The notes beneath the pieces were generated by a model. The model searched no databases and was not told the DNA's origin. It saw nothing but the letters and a program-made list of their open reading frames with translations. This document shows positions 27,231-35,485 of a stretch of 64,000 bases of DNA, piece after piece. Both the position numbers and the translations under genes were made by a program. Within the stretch, counting starts at the first letter, position 1; each line of letters opens with the position of its first letter. The DNA is taken from sequence record MW879341.1. One strand, 5' to 3'.

Positions 27231-28643
27231 ATGTCCGATAACAATCAACAAAACGGCGAGCGCGCGCCCGCTAAACGTACCATCCTCAGTGAGTTTAAAA
27301 CTCGTCTGATTGGCCGACCTGTAGATGGTGCTAAGAAATCTCCAACCTTCGCTTTCAGTATTAATGAAAAGAACGAAGTGAGCATCACCGTTTACTCGAA
27401 CATCGAAGGTGATCGTGGTAATGGTCTGATTAAAGGTAAGGGTGATATTGGTGTCCTGTTCATGGTCACTACTCTCATTCGTGCCGCAATTGCAACCAAC
27501 GGACCTTTCCGTCGTGTAATCAAACATGAAGATCATGTCTTCATGCGTGGTCAGCGCAGTGAACGTCCGATGTGGATTTTCGATCTGATTATCCAACGTG
27601 ACTCAGGCGATTCAGATGTCCGTATGATTCTGAAGTCGTACAATCGTCCTGACCTGGAGTTCTACTTCCGTCCTACTGACTATCATCGTCTGTACGATGG
27701 TGAAGGTCGTGAACTCAACAGTAAAGAGATTGCTGACTCGTACGCAATCGGTTATTGTGAGATGCTGGAAGACCTGGCCTCTGACCTGCTGAACGATTAC
27801 CAAATCCGTCTGTACGCTGAGACTACTCAGAAGACTGTGGAAGGGCGTCAACCATCTATGGTCTGGGGTAGTATCGCCAACAACCCACGCGGCACTGTCT
27901 TCACTAACGTTGAAGCAGACCAGCACATTAACAAAGGGATGATTGCTGCTAAGATCGATCCACCGACGTTCTACATGTTCTGTGAACTGATGGGTCAAGC
28001 AGTAACTGCACCTCCGGGTTGGCGTCGGGGTATCAAGAACTACGGTCACCAGAAATCTCAAGGTGGCGGTCGTGGTGAGAAAGTCCATGAGACCACTCTG
28101 TGCGTAGGTAAGAACGAGGAAGGTGTGATTTATATCGCAGTCCTCGACCAGGACAAATCGCGTCCTAACCTACAGTTCATTCTGGACTCACACCGTCGCT
28201 TCGCTGTACTGGATGAGAACGAACAACCGTTGGCTCGTTCTCGTGTGACTTCTCTGATGGCTGCTAGCTATAAGAAAGTCTTCGGTCGTGCTGTAGCGAA
28301 ACACCTGAACGCACACTACACTCCGCCAGACCCGTCAACCTGGCAGAACAACAACCAGCAAGGCGGTAATCGTCAAGGTGGTTGGAACAACAATCGCCAG
28401 CAAGGTGGTGGCGGTGGTCAGCGTCAGGGTAATTGGAATAACAATAACCAGGGCGGTGGTCAGCAGCGTTCGCAGGGAAACTGGAACAACAACAACCGTC
28501 AACAGGGCGGCGGAAATACGCAGTACCAGGGTGGTTCTCAGCAGGGTTCAGGCGGCGGTAGTCAGTATAATGAACCTCAGCAGCCGTCTGTACCACCGCG
28601 TAACGATGCGCCTCCTGCATTCGACACCGATATTCCTTTCTGA
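27231..28643 (+). CDS. chmC: ChmC-like phage-nucleus nucleic-acid-binding protein: two tandem domains, N/Q/G-rich tail and SSB-like tip
   Basis: Occupies the gp67 position between the gp66-like and gp68-like genes. Shows internal duplication and a low-complexity tail. The assignment relies on synteny and architecture. Confidence 0.7.
   Translation: MSDNNQQNGERAPAKRTILSEFKTRLIGRPVDGAKKSPTFAFSINEKNEVSITVYSNIEGDRGNGLIKGKGDIGVLFMVTTLIRAAIATNGPFRRVIKHEDHVFMRGQRSERPMWIFDLIIQRDSGDSDVRMILKSYNRPDLEFYFRPTDYHRLYDGEGRELNSKEIADSYAIGYCEMLEDLASDLLNDYQIRLYAETTQKTVEGRQPSMVWGSIANNPRGTVFTNVEADQHINKGMIAAKIDPPTFYMFCELMGQAVTAPPGWRRGIKNYGHQKSQGGGRGEKVHETTLCVGKNEEGVIYIAVLDQDKSRPNLQFILDSHRRFAVLDENEQPLARSRVTSLMAASYKKVFGRAVAKHLNAHYTPPDPSTWQNNNQQGGNRQGGWNNNRQQGGGGGQRQGNWNNNNQGGGQQRSQGNWNNNNRQQGGGNTQYQGGSQQGSGGGSQYNEPQQPSVPPRNDAPPAFDTDIPF
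28335..28570 (+). repeat. coding low-complexity repeat (W-N4-x-Q-GG units)
   Basis: TWQNNNQQGG, GWNNNRQQGGG, GNWNNNNQGGG and GNWNNNNRQQGGG. Confidence 0.85.
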
Positions 28644-28743
28644 TGTAACTAACCGTGTGGCTTCGGCCACACACCTTCCCAACTAAGCGCAAGCACACCC
28701 CAAAACAGAGAGGGTGGTTGAGCACGCTACGAGGAAATTGAAA

Positions 28744-29208
28744 ATGAGTGACGCAGTTGTATTAAAAGCAGTTAAGATGGGTGACGGCAGTTTAATCTTT
28801 AAGTTGCAAGACGACACTGCTGACGGAATGACTTTACATCAATCCGTTAAGACAGCCATCGGTCACCTTATCGCGGGTACCGGCATGCAATTAGGCGGTA
28901 TGACACTTACCACTAAGCTGTACGGTAAGACTGTAGATCCAACCCGCCCTGACGAACCGGTAGAATACATTACACCGGTTGGTCGTACGTGTGATGCCAG
29001 CGCTACTTTCTATACGTTGGCGGGTAGTTTACGTGGTCGCGTTAAACACGGTGCTGAGATTCATTTCATGGTAGATGATCTTACACGCAGTGGTCCCCGT
29101 ATCTTAGATATGGAAGACGTATTCGCGTTCATGAAGAGTCCAGACAATAACAATCTGGTTCTTCGGTCGTTCCTGCATCATCCCGAAGGCTTAAAGTCTC
29201 TGTCTTAA
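28744..29208 (+). CDS. hypothetical protein
   Basis: GAGGA SD before ATG 28744. Confidence 0.65.
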   Translation: MSDAVVLKAVKMGDGSLIFKLQDDTADGMTLHQSVKTAIGHLIAGTGMQLGGMTLTTKLYGKTVDPTRPDEPVEYITPVGRTCDASATFYTLAGSLRGRVKHGAEIHFMVDDLTRSGPRILDMEDVFAFMKSPDNNNLVLRSFLHHPEGLKSLS

Positions 29209-29213
29209 TTGTT

Positions 29214-29239
29214 AGGAGGACTTCGGTCCTCCTTTTATG
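29214..29239 (+). terminator. intrinsic terminator
   Basis: aggaggac-TTCG-gtcctcct followed by TTTATG. Confidence 0.85.
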
Positions 29240-29253
29240 TTGGAGTAACTGTA

Positions 29254-29634
29254 ATGAATGAGTACGATCCCACTACTGCGGTACTGTCCTTTAAGATACC
29301 GTACCATCCTTTGACAGGCACACTGCTACTGAATAAGGTTCAGCCATACACTGAGAAAATCATACGTTCTTATCTGGGTAGACTTTCCAGTCGCGTTGTA
29401 CAAGATGCCATGGTTGCTAACCACACTGGTTTCGCTAGGGCTGTACCTACGTCAGCCGGAACTGAACTACACTACCCGTACGTATTCACGATGGTCTCTC
29501 GTGAGTCGGGTGAACCAATGACACTCAGCGATATCGTTAGATCAGTTCGTGAGTCTTGGACTGTGAACTCAGATAAGTGGCAATTGGTTGCAACACTGGC
29601 AGACGGGGTGCTACGTGCAGATACTACTGAGTGA
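29254..29634 (+). CDS. hypothetical protein
   Basis: GGAG SD before ATG 29254. Confidence 0.65.
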   Translation: MNEYDPTTAVLSFKIPYHPLTGTLLLNKVQPYTEKIIRSYLGRLSSRVVQDAMVANHTGFARAVPTSAGTELHYPYVFTMVSRESGEPMTLSDIVRSVRESWTVNSDKWQLVATLADGVLRADTTE

Positions 29635-29938
29635 AAGGGCTGATACGGGACAGGTACGTAACTCAGCGGCAATCATCGACATTGCCTGTAACTCTCTCGT
29701 GTACAAGATCCCAAACCAAAGTCACCGCTGGTTGTCCTTTGAACAGGTTCAGGCTTTGCATGAGATCGATAAGAAGATAGACGATCGTTTAAAGAAGCGT
29801 CTTTGTATAGAGGTTCCCACAATCGGTGAACCAGATAACCGTAAGGATATCGCCAGATTCATTACTGCTGTGTGTAAGCAAGAAGTAAATAAATACACAG
29901 TAGACGGATATTATAGAAGGCAACAGCAGGGAAAATGA
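29588..29938 (+). CDS. hypothetical protein (start uncertain)
   Basis: Fills the gap and is followed by a hairpin at 29972-30001. Confidence 0.45.
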   Translation: MQHWQTGCYVQILLSERADTGQVRNSAAIIDIACNSLVYKIPNQSHRWLSFEQVQALHEIDKKIDDRLKKRLCIEVPTIGEPDNRKDIARFITAVCKQEVNKYTVDGYYRRQQQGK

Positions 29939-30028
29939 GTTATCTGAAGTCATGGATAACCGCACAAACGATACTCCATCCTCCTAACCGGGGATGGAGT
30001 ATTCATTATTTTCATAGAGGGTTCACGA

Positions 30029-30373
30029 ATGTCTGAAGTCATCGGTGTATTGAAAGTTTCTACAGTCGAATGGGTTGGCAGTCCAGAAGGAACGGTGCCT
30101 GAATGTAGCCCACTGTCACGCGTATGGTCTCGTGAGAATACAGAGGAATCTCGTGCTCAGCTGTTCGATGCAATTGAGAAAGCTAAGATTGAGATTGATT
30201 ACTCGTCTAGCAGTAACGATTGGGTGGATGTTATCCGCACTATTGATGACCGTGTTTCGTACATTCATGGTGGCGATTATCTGGTTATTACAGCTGATAT
30301 GAGGGTCTCCATTCTCTCTGGCGTAAGAGCACTGACCGTGAGCGAAGACGGCGTAGTGAGCGTAGAGTTCTAA
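30029..30373 (+). CDS. hypothetical protein
   Basis: GAGGG SD. Confidence 0.65.
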   Translation: MSEVIGVLKVSTVEWVGSPEGTVPECSPLSRVWSRENTEESRAQLFDAIEKAKIEIDYSSSSNDWVDVIRTIDDRVSYIHGGDYLVITADMRVSILSGVRALTVSEDGVVSVEF

Positions 30374-30378
30374 GATTA

Positions 30379-30395
30379 TTTCAGATATATATTAT
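30379..30395 (+). promoter_or_regulatory. early promoter of the gp68/PicA operon
   Basis: tttcagatatatattat, preceded by aagatta. Confidence 0.75.
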
Positions 30396-30432
30396 CTTAG
30401 TGTAGTAATAGTGGAATGACATTGGAGCCGGT

Positions 30433-32004
30433 ATGAGAATTTATCCTCTCGATAATTCGAACAAACTTTCAGGCATCGTGTTGGAGCATAATGGTGAGCG
30501 TATAGTCTCTGAGGGGAGCATTTACGACCGCACACCATTTCCTTCTACAGGTGAGCTGTTCATGGACATTAACGCATTCTGGGCAACCTTGAGTGCGGAA
30601 CGTCAGCAGGGTATCTGGAACACGTATAAGGAGATTGAAGAAGCCTTCCTTAATACGTACAACGATTCTCGATTGCACGAGAACGTCACGGCATTAGTGG
30701 CTAAGCTCTATTCGCACTGGTCATATGAAGAACTGTGTAGTTGGGTGAGACTGTATGGTCGAACTGTCATTCCGGTAGAGGTTCAGGATGACATTGGTGG
30801 TTACTCGTCACAAGCGAGAACATACCTGCGTGCAGATTATCAGGGATTAATTTGTCTGGTAGTAGCACTGCGTCCAATGATTCCAATCTGGAACCAGTAC
30901 GTTCGTGAGTCTAAGAAAACAGTAGGTACTCACTTCAAAGAGTATATGGCAATGGGTCTGTTGAATCAGACTACTATGCTGGACACTCCAGAGTTTGACC
31001 AACTGCGTACTTACGTCAGACTGAACGTAGATACAAACAAGATTACGATGTCTGCTATTGTAGCGGGTATCGGTAGTGCGGATTTAGAAGACTGGGTATT
31101 CTCAGTGGTCTTAATTCGTAAGGTGTGCGTGGGTGTGATTATGCACGCAACGCCAGATGGTGAGTTACTGTCGAACTACAGCACGAGTGCAAACATCGTG
31201 TCTAACGTGTACCGACAGATTGAAACTGCGATTGCAAGTCTTGACCGTAAGTTCGATGGTCAGATTCGTAAGAAGCCGGACGGTATGGAGTTCCGTGATG
31301 ATGATAAAGAATCACAAGCGGAGAAGATCATTGTCAAGCAAAAGATCAATGATTATAAATTCATTCTGGCACACGAGTATGCTAAGTTCATTATGCGTGC
31401 GCGTGACCTGATTGATCCCTCCATTCCAAAAGGGTTGATTGACCAATGCATTCGTACTCTGAATGCAAACAAGTCATTCCAACCTACCCAGGCACAAACT
31501 ACACTGGCACAATGGGTTATCCACCCAGCACTGTCAGCACGGTTTGTACCGGCGTTAGAGCAACCAGAGCGTATTAACGTAATGGGCTTTGCGCAAGCAG
31601 CTTATTGGCATTGGGGTTATTACGATCTCGCACTGCTGATGACTGCGGATGCATTAGAGTTAGACCAGGACCAAGTCTTTGGTAATGAGTCACGCTCTCG
31701 TGTAACCAATGAGCAGTTCCGTATTCTGAAAGAGCAGTATCCGCATTACCATCGTCGTGCTGGGAATAAAGGTGAACCCCAGCAGCGCAATGAGAACTTG
31801 GCAACCAATGCGATTGAGTTGATGTATGGAATGTTCGACGGGAAACCGTGGCAGTTCAATGCACCGCAAGATCTGGTAGCACAAACTACAATGCGTCCAT
31901 ACGGTAGTGGTGGTTGGATTATCCCATCCGACATCAAACTCCAACTGGCCGACTTCATTATCACCCTGAACAATAGAAAGAAAGGATTAAAAGATGCTAA
32001 TTAA
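30433..32004 (+). CDS. nvRNAP sigma-like promoter-specificity subunit (phiKZ gp68-like)
   Basis: 523 aa, matching the expected size, in the canonical position before PicA and the nvRNAP beta gene. No sigma motif is directly recognisable. Confidence 0.75.
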   Translation: MRIYPLDNSNKLSGIVLEHNGERIVSEGSIYDRTPFPSTGELFMDINAFWATLSAERQQGIWNTYKEIEEAFLNTYNDSRLHENVTALVAKLYSHWSYEELCSWVRLYGRTVIPVEVQDDIGGYSSQARTYLRADYQGLICLVVALRPMIPIWNQYVRESKKTVGTHFKEYMAMGLLNQTTMLDTPEFDQLRTYVRLNVDTNKITMSAIVAGIGSADLEDWVFSVVLIRKVCVGVIMHATPDGELLSNYSTSANIVSNVYRQIETAIASLDRKFDGQIRKKPDGMEFRDDDKESQAEKIIVKQKINDYKFILAHEYAKFIMRARDLIDPSIPKGLIDQCIRTLNANKSFQPTQAQTTLAQWVIHPALSARFVPALEQPERINVMGFAQAAYWHWGYYDLALLMTADALELDQDQVFGNESRSRVTNEQFRILKEQYPHYHRRAGNKGEPQQRNENLATNAIELMYGMFDGKPWQFNAPQDLVAQTTMRPYGSGGWIIPSDIKLQLADFIITLNNRKKGLKDAN

Positions 32005-33445
32005 ACGCGTTATACTCACCGAGACCGGCACCTACAACGACGTATACAACCGTCCGCATACGACGACTGTTAAAGGTGACACACTCAGCCGCATGCAGCG
32101 ACTCACTGACTCTGGTACTAACTACAGCACTGATGCGCTGTCTGGTGTAGCGGGTGAACTGATGCGTCCGTCGGCTCACGTTGAATCAGCAGTGTTGATT
32201 CCAAACGGTTATGGTGAGGCCCGCTTCCGCTTCATGATGGAAGTTGAATGGCCTATGGTAGGTGGTAATACTCAGGTAGATGTTATCTGTGGTTATACTA
32301 ACTATTGTGGTGTATCGCAGAACAGCAACAACATGGACCCTAACATGCTGTTGAATCTGAATAGCGTCACGAGCATCACCTCATACACTCGCCTGGATAG
32401 CATGAATCGTCCGTATCGTGATATTCACGTACGTGAGTCGAATCAGATCCTGACCAGTTATTTCAATCCACAGCAACAGTACAACCAGTTCTATCTGGCA
32501 CCACAAGACGTGTTCGATGGTATCACGCTGAACAACACGCTGGGTGGTCTGCAAGATGGTCGTAACATCCGTACAGTAGATACTCGCGGTGCATCTATGG
32601 AAGCGCCACGACTGTCACGCCGTAGTAACAACCACGGTGGCTCGTACATGTCACGTACACTGAGTGCGTATCACACGGCATTGCAGAAAGCGTCTGTCTC
32701 TGATGACAACTACGCTAACGTAATGCGCAGTGCGAAAGCGGCAGTAGTCGATACCAATGCGTACGACAACCTCAGTCTGTCTAATCTGTTGCACCACACC
32801 GACATGCAGTACACCCAGACTATCCGTTGGGCTGAACTGCTGCAAATCTGTCCAGACCTGGAGCAGCGTACTACCGTAGCATTCAACCGTGGTGCTCTGG
32901 TTCGTTCTCGTGGTCCAGGCGATGCATTGCCAACTCGTGGTGAAACTGAGCAGTGGGATACAGCAACCAATGAAACGGTTGTTGCAACCATGATCGTTAA
33001 CACCATTCCGACTCTGATGTCTGAAGCCAAGCTGACGCAGATTGCATTCAGTGCAACTAACCAGACCATGGGGACTAACAACGGTACACCGTATGCAGTC
33101 ACTGTGAACGATGCACGTAGTGTGTCTCAGATGTTGGAGATCCAATCGCCATACATGCAGGATAACATCCATGCTATGGTGATGCGCATCGCTACTGAGT
33201 TGATGCCTGCTATCACATTCAACAACCAGATGGCTGCAACCATCACCTGTCGTTGTGATATCATGGGTAATACCCATATCGAAGTTTCACTTAACGGCGG
33301 TCCGTTGATTCCATACGACAACCCACAGTGGAGCGATTCAGCAAGCGCACCAGTTGTTACCATCAATCAGGATAACCGTAAGACGCTGGCTCGTGATATC
33401 AGCAGCATCATGGAAAACCTGAACACCGAAAACTGGGCACAATAA
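31994..33445 (+). CDS. picA: PicA/Imp1 phage-nucleus protein import factor (phiKZ gp69-like)
   Basis: Directly follows the gp68-like gene; N-terminal ETGTYNDVYNRP block; 483 aa. Confidence 0.72.
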   Translation: MLIKRVILTETGTYNDVYNRPHTTTVKGDTLSRMQRLTDSGTNYSTDALSGVAGELMRPSAHVESAVLIPNGYGEARFRFMMEVEWPMVGGNTQVDVICGYTNYCGVSQNSNNMDPNMLLNLNSVTSITSYTRLDSMNRPYRDIHVRESNQILTSYFNPQQQYNQFYLAPQDVFDGITLNNTLGGLQDGRNIRTVDTRGASMEAPRLSRRSNNHGGSYMSRTLSAYHTALQKASVSDDNYANVMRSAKAAVVDTNAYDNLSLSNLLHHTDMQYTQTIRWAELLQICPDLEQRTTVAFNRGALVRSRGPGDALPTRGETEQWDTATNETVVATMIVNTIPTLMSEAKLTQIAFSATNQTMGTNNGTPYAVTVNDARSVSQMLEIQSPYMQDNIHAMVMRIATELMPAITFNNQMAATITCRCDIMGNTHIEVSLNGGPLIPYDNPQWSDSASAPVVTINQDNRKTLARDISSIMENLNTENWAQ

Positions 33446-33454
33446 GGAAAGAGA

Positions 33455-35005
33455 ATGAACATTAATGATAAGTTGTATCGGCCGTTCATCGCGTCCGCAG
33501 GTATGGTCGTGGACGACGAAGGCGTAATCCGCTACAAGGTGGGTGACGTGGCTGTGAACATCGCTTTCGATGGTAAGCCGATGGTACTGCCAACTGCTGA
33601 GCGACTGCGTGGTGGTGCACTGACTGGCTCAGTAGCATTCCATCCCTTGTCTGAGAACATCATTCGTGGTGAATCTCCAGTACTGCGTAAGCTGCGTACC
33701 GTTCTGGTAACTCGCCTGTCTAACGTTGCGTCGATGTTGATGCTGCGTATGGTAGAGATCGCGGTGGACGTTGACTATCAGTCTAAACTGAAAGCATCGG
33801 AAGCTGACTTCCTGACCACCCTGCCAAAAGCAGACGTCAAGCTGTTCAACACGATGGTGAAAATCGTCAACGCAATTACCCCGGATAAAGATTATCGCTT
33901 CCTGCGTATCTTCTTTAAACGCGGTGGGATGTATCAGGGTGACAAATACGCTCGCGTAGCAATCACCACCTTCCCAATCGTAGATGCGCTGTTCGATGAC
34001 AGTTCTGAACTGTTCGGCTGCAAGTTGCGTAAAACGGATAAGACTCAGCTGCAAGACCTGCTGACCTTCCTGGTTCCAGATTCTAAAGAACCAACCGAAG
34101 CATACAACTGCGGTTCTAACTCTAAGACTGCACCGTACTTCGATGCACTGGTGGGTACGTTCGTTAAAGTGGCAACTGCACTGAACAAACACACCAAAGC
34201 GCTGAAGAAGCATCTCGAAGATTACGACGAACTGTATATCGATACCAGTTGGGTAGAGCAGTTGAAGAACCTGGACTCACTGAGTCTGGAGATTCCAGCC
34301 CTGCCAGGTAACGAAGGTGACGTCGGTATCGAAGAGAAACATCAGGTTGAACTGGAAGCTGCGAACACTGCTGCTACCGCCGCGCCATCTGCACCAGTTA
34401 CTGAAGCACGCGCCGCCATGCCTACTCGTCTGGGTGCTGGCTTTGCGAACGCGTTGGAAACTGGCCATGTAGGTAGTGTGGCTGATGCCGTAGTACCACG
34501 CGGAGCACCACCGGCAGCAGTGGCACCACAACCACAACCTACCACTGCACCACGTATGGCTGGTATGCCTAACGGTCACGTAGCACCAGCCACTCACGTA
34601 CCGCACTATGCACAGACAGCACAGGCACAAGCTCCAGCCGCAGCTGCTACTGAGACTGGTGGTAAACTGTCATGGGATTCCGTAGTCGCTGCTAACCCGC
34701 CGCGTCAACCGGTTCAACCACAACCTCAGTACGGTGCTCCACAGCAACAGCCGCAGTATGGTTATCCGCAGCAAGCTCCACAGCAGCCGCAATACGGGTA
34801 TCCGCAACAGCAGCCGCAGCAACCTCAGTATGGCTATGGCCAACCGCAACAGCCACAGTACGGGTATGGTCAACCTCAGCAACCTCAACAGGGTTACGGG
34901 TACGGCCAGCCACAAGGTCAAGGCTATGGTCGCCCACAAGGCAACGGTTACGGTTCTCCACAACTGTACCCAGACCAAGGTCGTAAAATGCCCAACTACG
35001 GGTAA
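33455..35005 (+). CDS. conserved core protein (phiKZ gp70-like) with P/A linker and Q/P/Y/G tail
   Basis: Position after the PicA-like gene; FHPLSENIIRGES block. Confidence 0.7.
   Translation: MNINDKLYRPFIASAGMVVDDEGVIRYKVGDVAVNIAFDGKPMVLPTAERLRGGALTGSVAFHPLSENIIRGESPVLRKLRTVLVTRLSNVASMLMLRMVEIAVDVDYQSKLKASEADFLTTLPKADVKLFNTMVKIVNAITPDKDYRFLRIFFKRGGMYQGDKYARVAITTFPIVDALFDDSSELFGCKLRKTDKTQLQDLLTFLVPDSKEPTEAYNCGSNSKTAPYFDALVGTFVKVATALNKHTKALKKHLEDYDELYIDTSWVEQLKNLDSLSLEIPALPGNEGDVGIEEKHQVELEAANTAATAAPSAPVTEARAAMPTRLGAGFANALETGHVGSVADAVVPRGAPPAAVAPQPQPTTAPRMAGMPNGHVAPATHVPHYAQTAQAQAPAAAATETGGKLSWDSVVAANPPRQPVQPQPQYGAPQQQPQYGYPQQAPQQPQYGYPQQQPQQPQYGYGQPQQPQYGYGQPQQPQQGYGYGQPQGQGYGRPQGNGYGSPQLYPDQGRKMPNYG
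34710..34975 (+). repeat. coding prion-like repeat (PQQPQYGY units)
   Basis: About 7 imperfect QPQYG(Y/A) units with varied synonymous codons. Confidence 0.9.
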
Positions 35006-35016
35006 GTAGAGTAACG

Positions 35017-35050
35017 GCATAATAGGCAGGGGTAATTCCCTGCCTTTATG
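35017..35050. terminator. bidirectional terminator
   Basis: cataa-t-aggcaggg/ccctgcct-ttatg between convergent genes. Confidence 0.8.
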
Positions 35051-35064
35051 TTCTTTCTTTTTTC

Positions 35065-35409
35065 TTATCCAGTCCGATACTGGTTTGAGAATATCGCGGA
35101 GAGACTCTGGATGGCAGTATACGATGGAATCATGATCGTCGTTTTAAGACCATCGTACTCTTCGGTGGACATCAGATCATTACAACGTAGATAGATCCAA
35201 CGAAGGTGCTCGGGGATATCGAGGTAACGTAACATACCGTAGAAGTCAAAACGCCACCGCCATGCTTCGGCTGGAGTAAGGTCTCGCCAGTCAGTGCCGT
35301 CGGCATTCTGTAAATAAATACGGTGTTCCTCTATCATACGACGAAAGTCTTCATCGTAGAAAATACTATCACCCTGATCTTCTCTCAACGAGGTAATTGA
35401 TAATGCCAT
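35065..35409 (-). CDS. small conserved phiKZ-like protein (LysM/tail-X-like pattern)
   Basis: GAGG SD; FDFYGML...IYLRCN block; canonical antisense position before nvRNAP beta. Confidence 0.6.
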   Translation of the reverse strand: MALSITSLREDQGDSIFYDEDFRRMIEEHRIYLQNADGTDWRDLTPAEAWRWRFDFYGMLRYLDIPEHLRWIYLRCNDLMSTEEYDGLKTTIMIPSYTAIQSLSAIFSNQYRTG

Positions 35410-35431
35410 AAACCCTCCTAACCTCTTTAGT

Positions 35432-35449
35432 TTTTGAGATACATATTAT
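35432..35449 (+). promoter_or_regulatory. early-type promoter of the nvRNAP beta/beta'/helicase operon
   Basis: ttttgagatacatattat, a degenerate copy of the motif. Confidence 0.55.
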
Positions 35450-35485
35450 TAAAAGAGAGTGGCTGTAAGTAGTGTGGAATAAGGA

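Noticed and set aside
28335-28570. CRISPR array or DNA tandem repeat
   Set aside because: The units are imperfect, in frame and synonymous-variable, with no unique spacers. This is a protein low-complexity region; the same applies to 34710-34975.
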